A stretch of DNA of 64,000 bases, from assembly GCA_013911165.1 (NCBI GenBank), contig JACETR010000003.1, forward strand, positions 170-64,169, read 5' to 3'. The notes beneath the pieces are model-generated. The model saw only the letters and a list, made by a program, of their open reading frames with translations, was not told where the DNA came from and ran no database searches. Source of the stretch: Planctomycetota bacterium. GTDB lineage: Bacteria; Planctomycetota; UBA8108; UBA1146. How positions within the stretch are numbered: the first letter of the stretch is position 1; the number at the start of each line of letters is the position of its first letter. Made by a program: the position numbers and the translations under genes. This document shows, one piece after another, positions 60,101 to 64,000 of the stretch.

Positions 60101-61667
60101 TGACTGCAACAACGATGGAATTGCTGACGCATGTCAGATCGCCAGCGGATCTGAAGTTGACTGTAACGCTGACGGCGTGATTGACACTTGTGAGTTGGCC
60201 AACGGTTCTGCTTCCGACTGTAATGGCAACGGAACGCTGGACGTTTGTGACCTCGCCACCGGAAATGCAGATGATTGCAACCAGAACTCGATTCCGGATT
60301 CCTGTGACATCGCTTCCGGTATCGCATTCGACTGCAATGCCAATGGTCAGTTGGATATCTGTGATATCGAGCAGGGCCTGGCAGACGACTGTGACACCAA
60401 CAACGTTCCTGATGCCTGCGACGTGGCTTCCGGTGCAACACCGGACTGTAACAGCAATGGCATTCCGGATTCCTGTGACCTTTCGAGCGGTGCCTCTGAA
60501 GACTGCAATGGAACGGGAATCCCGGACAGTTGTGAAGTCGCCAGTGGTGCGACACCGGACTGTAATGGCAATGGTGTTCCGGACAGCTGTGATTTGGCCA
60601 ACGGAACAGCAGATTGTGACAACAACAATGTGCCCGACAGTTGCCAGATCGCTTCTGGAGAATCACCGGATTGTAATGGCAATGGTGTACCGGACGCCTG
60701 TGATATCAGCTCCGGTGCGGCGCTTGATTGCAACACCAATGGAGTTCCTGATTCCTGTGAGGTGGCTAACGGACAGGCTGCAGACTGCAACAGCAATGGA
60801 ATCCCCGACAGCTGTGATATCGCCAGCGGCGTTGAATCTGACTGCAACTCTTCTGGTGTGCCCGACAGTTGTGAGGTGACCAGCGGTACTGCGCTGGATT
60901 GCAACGACAACGGTATTCCGGACAGCTGCGATATTGCCTCAGGCAACTGGCAGGACTGTGATGCCGACGGCAACCTGGACAGTTGCGAAATTCTGGTGGG
61001 TACTGAGCAAGACTGCAACGGTACCGGAATCCCTGACGCATGTGAGATTCTCTCCGGTGCTGCCGACGATTGTGACGGCAACCAGATTCCGGACAGTTGT
61101 GATCTCGTGACAGGCGTTCTTTCTGATTGCGATCAGAATGGCACCCCGGATACCTGCGATATCCTCGCTGGGGGTGTTGAGGATTGCGACGGAAACCAGG
61201 TTCCCGACAGCTGCGATTTGCTCACTGGTACTCTGGAAGACTGCAACCAGAATGCGGTTCCGGACTCTTGCGAAATCGCTGCCGGTGATACAGAGGACTG
61301 TGATGGCAACGGAATCCCCGACTCCTGCGACATTGCTGCAGGCCTTCTGTTGGACGCCAACCTCGACGGAATCCCGGACCAGTGTCAGCTGAACTTCCTC
61401 AGGGGAGACGGCAATGACGACGGGATCGTCAACATCGCTGACGGTATCTTCCTGCTTCAAAGCCTCTTTGCTGACGGAGCGGATTCCACCTGTAATGATG
61501 CGGCGGATGCCAATGACGACAGTTCAATCGACGTATCCGACGTGATCAGCATTCTTGGATACCAATTCAATGGAACCAATCCTCCTCCTGCTCCTTACCC
61601 GAACTGCGGAGTTGATCCTGCAGGCGGAGTGAGCCTCGGGTGTGAGGCCTACACCAGTTGTCCCTGA
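48111..61667 (+). CDS. Giant secreted adhesin-like protein 3 (~4,518 aa): 3 + 5 + 30 Cys-bracketed Ca-loops, FG-GAP region, 41 HYR modules and a dockerin-like C-terminus
   Basis: ORF 48039..61667, with the start at ATG 48111 (GGAGG 48103-48107; MFPRIALYTGALFCVLIFAQASASAQ signal). FG-GAP-like units are present (FGSAVDSTADFAVVGAPDDD, FGAAVAIEGDLAAIGAPG). HYR cores were hand-counted from CGAVVTWDEPIATDNCGI to CEVFVEVPLLEVYDRCGV. Confidence 0.95.
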   Translation: MFPRIALYTGALFCVLIFAQASASAQCQPTVDCNQNGVADQCDIDLGTSDDCNGNLIPDECDLELATSEDCNLDGIPDECSPGTADLVGIGLAFGGGFGSAVDSTADFAVVGAPDDDLLGTNTGSANIFKRTGTRWAEEMKIFGVAATLEDRFGAAVAIEGDLAAIGAPGKLQGRGAVFLYRRVGNGWWNYEGTLTAFDAPLGAAFGSAIAIENETIFVGAPGTLNGLGSGSVYVFTHESGMWLQDQKLESDQLTDGDMLGCSIAVHGGTVAIGAPGHESGGVTNSGSVLIFEESAGIYTESLMLSAETPSPFATFGYSLDVNHDHLLVGAPGENVDSGAAYLHNRLASMWINQQKIEPEDIDESGLFGADVGLDVKTAVISAPAAGSDQGQVVIYRKSGLDWIKEAPLSPVSDRIAGDFYGSSLSCQLPFLIVGSSGDSSGKSIWISVYNDCNENLEDDICDVTQGIEADCNMNLIPDACEIADGTKQDCDGNGVPDECQISSGELLDCNMNGVPDGCDVTSGFSLDCNQDQIPDECQVDADPLLPTISNMPNPFNVSTDLNECGAVVTWDEPIATDNCGIASLETTHPSGSFFSTGLTIVTYTATDVSGNTRAAMFTVVVTDDELPTLTGFQNVVSVDSSEGICELAVNWPAPSPVDNCGIFSMTSTHQPGDIFPVGTTTVTYTLTDTNGNVSAINLDVVVVDTVAPEISGMPADIDLLTEPGICTRLVEWVEPEASDDCNVASFTSNIASGTVFELGTTTVTYTVIDGWGNVVSSSFNVTIRDEELPVFAAAPADIVSGNDPGECHAQISWAPATVQDNCGVNSVVSSHQPGDIFPLGDTEVTITATDDNGNVNLHQFTVSILDTEAPLISNIPEDFVLNNDPAQCSAVVNWQLPGISDNCGISVFSGTANSGDAFPIGTTVVEYTLVDNSGNQTNANFSITVTDTEMPILLGLPQDISVFNDPGQCGANVTWEVPTPWDNCELVDFDGSHEPGAFFPKGTTEVTYLVMDGMGQVTTGSFDVSVDDDEAPQISGMPADRTISADAGLCSAIHSWTVPVPSDNCEVVSFIATHEPGEAFPVGVTQVSYTVIDSMGMTTTDQFSITVVDNENPQIIRIPSDMTVVVEEGDCTIPVSWIAPDSQDNCAIDTFSLSHASGSEFPVGLTTVEINTADIHGNTSAASFTVTVLDQETPVILNLPADISLTSDGDACGTTVTWIEPQGADNCSVSDLSSDQVNGEFYPVGITVVTYSILDASGNSDEASFAIEITDTTAPAFVEIPQGIQMSTDPGQCGAIVSWNPVTADDNCEVDTISGSHSSGMFFNTGITTVDYLVTDIHGNQTSHSFDVEILDQEQPQIIGIDENIVMTNDGGQCGANVSWVQPEATDNCLVDSLTHSIPSGAFFSVGTTQVSYLAVDNSGNETVKSFSVTVEDNEKPAFVAIPELVSGTTTEGTCDGIVNWDEVTGSDNCLVDSITLTHASGDVFPLGDTTVTATITDIHGNMHTSDFTVRIEDDELPQLLGTPTDQFKINDPGECGAIVDWIIPGTSDNCQVQILEGTHVPGSFFERGTTVVSYTVTDASGNSYMESFEVNIVDLETPEILGTPADIVAVADTGSCGTNISWIEPTSTDNCSVQALISSHNPGDFFITGTTVVSYTSQDPTGNITTTQFNVTILDEEFPTFGTFPESVTVSNDADQCGASVSWIEPQMLDNCSIGSSGSDHQSGDFFPIGTTVVTYEIADPSGNTISDSFSITVEDTQAPDFLTFVSSTVLENDPGECGAVHTWGVPEVFENCPELEVVSSHNPGDFFNTGLTVVSYTATDGAGLVSQLMFTVIVLDTENPQIAGMPADITQATDLDSCGAIVDWAAPQASDNCDVLSFTSDHAPGDFFPKGTTTVTYSVLDTAGLLVTESFNVTILDQQLPSITAMPQSVTINSQNGLCGSMHAWDLPQSSDNCPDHVFSGSHQPGDFFEVGSTTVAYTAIDSSGNVSSADFVVTVVDNENPEIVGAPQDMVIIADEGVCSMLVMWDAPTFEDNCGIDTFAISRESGSEFLLGDTLVEITTTDIHGNSSAASFTVTILDQELPQVVDLPADMSVENDLDSCGAVVSWIEPTSSDNCEVTSLTGNQINGGTYPIGITVVEYTVVDSSGNTNLASFQIEVLDTQLPELFAMPDSVLQVNDAGACGAVIGWDLPQTSDNCPDQILTSTHNPGDFFSVGETTVSYTVTDASGNTRSLSFDIQIVDLEIPVVVDGPQDILVEAEQGLCGSTISWIEPTAIDNCEVFDLKPSNYPGEFFAVGTTLVSYTAIDTTGNIAVHVFNVTVEDTQAPIIDGLTGDISVNTDFNQCDAIVTWTEPTISDNCTVVSANVDISSGTAFPIGTTTVTYTVIDSAGLETVQSFDVTVSDNQIPTFENIPGNVVLSVEPGTCQSLHHWIEPTITDNCPGLTVTASHQPGDSFPVGLTIVSYQAADAHGQSRQIMFTVVVQDDENPVLAGIPEDVILENDLDQCGAVHQWVEPTASDNCATVGFNTTHPSGSFFDLGTTEVVYSVSDPSGNMVSASFNVTVVDLQLPEFVTVPETVSLNTDPGVCGAAHYWDLPNVYDNCEEINLASSHQPGHVFPIGTTVVTYTAQDPTGNVVSTDFSVTVSDFEDPDFEGIPGTITVNTEPGLCDAAVDWVAPIAVDNCEVQSHSSSHQPGDRFELGQTSVILSATDIYGNDFTTSFLVIVEDHELPVISGMPESVTIPSIQGFCGASHLWDSPTASDNCDTLAPTADYLSGHFFPVGSTTVTYSVTDESGNYTEDSFIVTVEDVEAPVFTAISTDYTVSADADQCGTAVIWPDAEASDNCGVDSITYDRTNGLFLELGDHPVNVTVTDIHGLQTTQQFVITVVDDTAPVIHDLPADIQLTATEGQCGAVATWIEPTSTDNCPGRLLANNIPSGSFFLVGQTTVSYVSTDASGNTTTESFTVTVEDDQLPTLAGIPDDIVVSNDQGICGAQVSWTPPAALDNCGIETHVSSYNPGDLFNLGTTTVEIVATDYSGNSVTGTFLVTVEDTEAPGIANLPENMTVESEVGMCGANVSWVEPFTVDNCATGTLVSDIANGAYLNVGLHQVTYTATDLHGNVTTDSFSIEVVDAETPIILSAPSSVEIQVQDGLCGSIYSWFEIQATDNCAIDSITNSHESGSFFPKGTTLVQQTVSDAAGNSVSHEFEVTVVDHEAPQFSSSISGLSLQSVSGACGTSASWTEPEISDNCEIASLTKSHEPGDFFEVGETLVTYTLVDGSGNETSIDFLVSVEDVEAPVISGLQSSVSVSTDPGFCGATVYWDAPVITDNCLVDNILSTHQPGDFFPVGNTVVTYSVSDNSELVTTVEFLITVTDNETPQINNIPSIDLIETEPGLCGAVVAWSSPSVTDNCQVTSLTSDIQNGTFLEIGQHTIVFTALDIHGNESTAGFTVTIIDGEAPTITDLPTVVEGVRTSDSCMGSVNWAEPLISDNCGEFALETSHQSGDSFNLGITTVTYTATDLQGNTQSASFEVHIADVHGPEISGLPLEISSDTDPDSCLAIVDWAEASVMDHCGDFNLEKTHEPGTAFPVGTTEVVYTATDLAGNVTQVSFPVTVTDVQAPLITLIPEDQTILANEDECTMIANWPAPTATDNCGVASIVTSHNSGDLYPVGVNTVEILVTDVHGNTTTASFQINVIDSIDPILTGVPADITTVSDPTICGAEITWVEPNVIENCALLKLESDYAPGTIFPVGLTVVNYVAVDLSGNSTSASFTVTVIDDEAPTIEIPVPVIVDAPEGSCEVFVEVPLLEVYDRCGVSQITNSFNGTADASGIYPRGETLILWSVSDESGNISTITGVVSVQVSGPDCNANGVPDVCDIAEDISTDCNQDGIPDECQADCDDDGILDVCEITQGLVLDCDLDGVPDDCQIASGIAADCDGDGLIDSCEILTGSGLDCDNSGVLDSCEIAQGTVADCNNNGQPDLCDIALGVESDCNNDGIADACQIASGSEVDCNADGVIDTCELANGSASDCNGNGTLDVCDLATGNADDCNQNSIPDSCDIASGIAFDCNANGQLDICDIEQGLADDCDTNNVPDACDVASGATPDCNSNGIPDSCDLSSGASEDCNGTGIPDSCEVASGATPDCNGNGVPDSCDLANGTADCDNNNVPDSCQIASGESPDCNGNGVPDACDISSGAALDCNTNGVPDSCEVANGQAADCNSNGIPDSCDIASGVESDCNSSGVPDSCEVTSGTALDCNDNGIPDSCDIASGNWQDCDADGNLDSCEILVGTEQDCNGTGIPDACEILSGAADDCDGNQIPDSCDLVTGVLSDCDQNGTPDTCDILAGGVEDCDGNQVPDSCDLLTGTLEDCNQNAVPDSCEIAAGDTEDCDGNGIPDSCDIAAGLLLDANLDGIPDQCQLNFLRGDGNDDGIVNIADGIFLLQSLFADGADSTCNDAADANDDSSIDVSDVISILGYQFNGTNPPPAPYPNCGVDPAGGVSLGCEAYTSCP
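49731..59714 (+). repeat. Array of 41 HYR modules (40 canonical plus 1 divergent terminal module)
   Basis: Hand count of the C..W..P...DNC cores. The array length divided by 243 nt gives about 41. Confidence 0.85.
59721..61388 (+). repeat. 30 tandem copies of the 19-aa (57-nt) Cys-bracketed EF-hand-like loop
   Basis: 556 aa running from DCNANGVPDVCDIAEDIST to DANLDGIPDQCQ. Twenty-seven units are exactly 19 aa. There are two Cys per unit, and I could find no Lys or Arg in the whole stretch. Confidence 0.9.
61395..61664 (+). other. Dockerin-like module with Cys-rich tail (giant 3)
   Basis: FLRGDGNDDGIVNIADGIFLLQSLF...STCNDAADANDDSSIDVSDVISILGYQF...NCGVDPAGGVSLGCEAYTSCP-stop. Confidence 0.75.
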
Positions 61668-61704
61668 CCCAACATGTGGGTTGAGATAGATTTGAGTGGG
61701 GATC

Positions 61705-61751
61705 GGCGTCGGTGACGTGTCATTCATGACCGCACCGGCGCCATTTTTTTT
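61705..61751 (+). terminator. Strong rho-independent terminator after giant gene 3
   Basis: The stem ggcgtcggtg (61705-61714) pairs with caccggcgcc (61733-61742): 10 bp including one G-U pair. It is followed by ATTTTTTTT (61743-61751). Confidence 0.85.
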
Positions 61752-62146
61752 GGTCCTGGGGCTATCCGTGTGTAAACCCGGGGGCAGTTTATTTACTTTA
61801 GAAACGTAGTTAACATTTCAGTTTCGATATATCCATAAGTGTAGTTTTTACATTGTGATAGATAGTTCTGATCTCGTTTCTATTTGGGGAAAAAGTGGTT
61901 CTGAAGCATTAACAAAGTCGGTATAAAATGCTGGTAGAAGCCTCCAGATAGGCCGGGGAATCCGGTCTCTCATTCGCGGTTATTCGCGGTATTGAGGGAT
62001 GGGAATCAGTTATTCAGCCCCGAAGGTCTGGAAGGCTAACTTTGGAAACGGCGGTTTCCTGGCACCCTGGGGTAGATGGGGGTGGGTTCGCCGTATTTAG
62101 GGGTTGTGTACTCGACATTTCTATTCAGAGAGTGGGAGGGTTTCCC

Positions 62147-64000
62147 ATGCGTATTTTTGTAAGTGCGTTCACTGCACTTTTGCTGCTCGTAGCGACAGTT
62201 GACAGTTCTGCGCAGGTCTGTCCGCCAACTGTAGACTGCAATGCCAATGGCCAGGCTGATTCCTGTGATATCTCGCAAGGACTCAGCGACGATTGCAACT
62301 TCAACGGGATTCCCGATGAGTGTGATCTCAATGCAGCTCTCAATGCAGATTGCAACATGAACGGGATTCTCGACATCTGCGAGCCTGTTCCTCCGGTGCA
62401 ATTGATCGGTGGAGCGGCAACTTCCAATTCCGCGATGAATGGGAATTGGATGTTGGTCGCGGATCCTGCTGAGCCGCCTCCTGCTGATGAGCCTCCTCCT
62501 CTGCCCGGAGAAATTCACCCTCCTGTGGTGAGGATCGTTGAGGTCTTCAAGCGTGTCGGTACCCGTTGGCTTCTCGATGGATATCTCGTTCCGAATGACC
62601 CCACTGATCAGGACAATCTGGATGGTTTTGCATTCAGCATGGCCATTTCTGGAGATACCGCAGTGATTGGTGCTCCGATGGGTAATGGCCATACGGGTAA
62701 AGCCTATGTGTTCCAAAGAACTGAAAACGGTTGGATTGAAGCACAGGTCTTGCAGGCCGAGTTGCCCACCTTTGGAGCGCTCTATGGATTCTCGGTAGAC
62801 ATCATGGGCTCTGATATCGTCATTGGTGCCCCTCAGGCACCCCTCGGCGACGATGGAGACGATGATGCCGATCCGATCGGGCCGACCCCTGGCGGATACG
62901 CTGAAATCTGGTCCCAAACCGGGACCGGTTGGGAGAGGGCAACACGCCTTGCACCCACCAACCCTGTCACCGGTGGTGGTGAAGAGATTGGAACCTCCGT
63001 TGCGTTTGCCAGTGATGGTTGGGTATTCCTCGGAGCTCCTGCTGCCGGAGGAACCTCTTCAGGCCATGTATTCGGATTCCGTAATTTCGGTGGAGGTTGG
63101 GTATTGATGGAAACGCTTCAGGCGTTCGACAGTACTCAAGGACACCGTTTTGGTGCCCAGATTGCGGTCAGCGGCGACACCATGGTGGTCGGAGCTGAGC
63201 GCGCGCCAGCCGGATTAAACGCCGGCCCGGTGGGCGCGGTCTATACCTTTGACCGGTCTGCTGGTGGTGGCGATTGGATTGCTGGAGGAAGAACGGTCAG
63301 CAGTACTCCGGATACCAATGGATATGCTGATTCTCTGGCAATGACTGGAGACCTGATGGTCGTCGGCGAGCCGAGAGCGGATGCTACCCGTGGTTTTGCT
63401 CATGTCTACAACAGAGCAGATGATGGTTCCTGGACACTCATGGATTCAATCAGGCCTGTCGGTACCGTCTCTGGAAATGCCATCGGAAGTAATGTTGCGA
63501 CAGATGGAGAATGGATTTTCTACAGTGCTCCTGAAGTGATCGCATTTACCGAGTTCCGTGAAATCACTCCCGATTGCAATGCCAACGGCTTTGATGATCG
63601 TTGTGAGATCAATAGTGGCCTGGAGTCTGATTGCAACGGCAACATGTTGATCGATTCCTGTGAAACCCTTTCTGGTGCAGAAGAAGACTGCGATGCAAAC
63701 GGGATTCCGGACTCCTGTGAATTGGCCAGCGGTGCATTTGACTGTAACAACAACGGGATCCTTGATTCCTGTGATATCAGTGGTGCCTTGAGCCTCGATT
63801 GCAATGCCAACGGCATTCCCGACGATTGTGAAGACGATTGCAACGGCAATGGAATCCCCGACAGTTGTGATCTTCTTTCCGGGGCACAGGACTGCAATGC
63901 CAACGGAATTATCGACAGTTGCGATATCGCCAGTCAGATTGATGCAGACTGCGATGGCAACGGCACTCCCGATTCCTGTGACCTGGCGTCCGGAGCAGGG
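62147..64000 (+). CDS. Giant adhesin-like paralog 4, 5' fragment (at least 618 aa, runs off the window): signal peptide, 3 Cys-loops, FG-GAP region, at least 8 Cys-loops
   Basis: Not in the supplied ORF track, because it has no stop codon in the window. I translated it by hand from ATG 62147 (GGGAGGG 62134-62140). It reads MRIFVSAFTALLLLVATVDSSAQVCPPTVDCNANGQADSCDISQG... FAFSMAISGDTAVIGAPMGNGHTGKAYVF ... PDCNANGFDDRCEINSG ... DCDGNGTPDSCDLASGAG and stays open to base 64000 (618 codons exactly). Confidence 0.9.
   Translation, partial: MRIFVSAFTALLLLVATVDSSAQVCPPTVDCNANGQADSCDISQGLSDDCNFNGIPDECDLNAALNADCNMNGILDICEPVPPVQLIGGAATSNSAMNGNWMLVADPAEPPPADEPPPLPGEIHPPVVRIVEVFKRVGTRWLLDGYLVPNDPTDQDNLDGFAFSMAISGDTAVIGAPMGNGHTGKAYVFQRTENGWIEAQVLQAELPTFGALYGFSVDIMGSDIVIGAPQAPLGDDGDDDADPIGPTPGGYAEIWSQTGTGWERATRLAPTNPVTGGGEEIGTSVAFASDGWVFLGAPAAGGTSSGHVFGFRNFGGGWVLMETLQAFDSTQGHRFGAQIAVSGDTMVVGAERAPAGLNAGPVGAVYTFDRSAGGGDWIAGGRTVSSTPDTNGYADSLAMTGDLMVVGEPRADATRGFAHVYNRADDGSWTLMDSIRPVGTVSGNAIGSNVATDGEWIFYSAPEVIAFTEFREITPDCNANGFDDRCEINSGLESDCNGNMLIDSCETLSGAEEDCDANGIPDSCELASGAFDCNNNGILDSCDISGALSLDCNANGIPDDCEDDCNGNGIPDSCDLLSGAQDCNANGIIDSCDIASQIDADCDGNGTPDSCDLASGAG

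Noticed and set aside
59721-61388. A regular 57-nt periodic array (and the 243-nt arrays elsewhere) could be mistaken for a CRISPR array or satellite DNA.
   Set aside because: The period is in frame within one ORF. The 'repeat' and 'spacer' parts are not constant versus unique. No leader or cas genes are present. The amino-acid pattern (DCNxNGxPDxC) is what is conserved, so this is a protein repeat.
61560-61667. The C-terminal Cys tail as a known sorting signal (PEP-CTERM, LPXTG/sortase, T9SS CTD, GlyGly-CTERM).
   Set aside because: There is no hydrophobic transmembrane stretch followed by basic residues, no LPXTG or PEP motif, and the tail is too short and Cys-rich for a T9SS beta-sandwich CTD. 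It is kept as an unclassified motif.

Overview
This 64-kb window has roughly mid-50s % GC by eye. It most likely comes from a PVC-superphylum bacterium (Planctomycetota/Verrucomicrobiota-like). That placement is inferred from a PVC-type membrane-bound-dehydrogenase/CxxCH protein and from giant dockerin-tagged surface proteins.

Four paralogous giant secreted proteins occupy 32,769 of 64,000 nt (51%). They are 2,309 aa, ~3,475 aa, ~4,518 aa, and a 5' fragment of at least 618 aa. The fragment runs off the window end and is absent from the supplied ORF track. The three complete giants share one architecture:
- a signal peptide
- Cys-bracketed EF-hand-like loops (DCNxNGxPDxC[DE])
- an FG-GAP-like region
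- long arrays of 81-aa HYR modules (22, 32 and 41 by hand count)
- a C-terminal dockerin-like module ending in a conserved Cys-rich tail (...C-x10/11-C-x5-CP-stop)

The truncated fourth shows only the signal peptide, Cys loops and FG-GAP-like region before the window ends.

The same tail is found on a secreted P-domain + endonuclease/exonuclease/phosphatase protein. A 415-aa secreted protein with two cohesin-like modules and its own dockerin-like end lies among these genes. I read this as a candidate non-cellulosomal cohesin-dockerin surface-assembly system; this is inference and has not been verified.

The rest is housekeeping:
- a redox cluster (rhodanese, MauE/DoxX, TlpA-like, katG)
- an acetolactate-decarboxylase-like lipoprotein
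- tRNA-Arg(CCT)
- hemL, ggt, a BNR protein, msrP, a HAD hydrolase and pckA
- a translationally coupled heme operon (hemX-like, hemA, hemC, hemD, hemE, hemY)

I saw no rRNA, CRISPR array, transposase/integrase or recognisable defence genes. Many long antisense ORFs in the track are artefacts of the repetitive giant genes.
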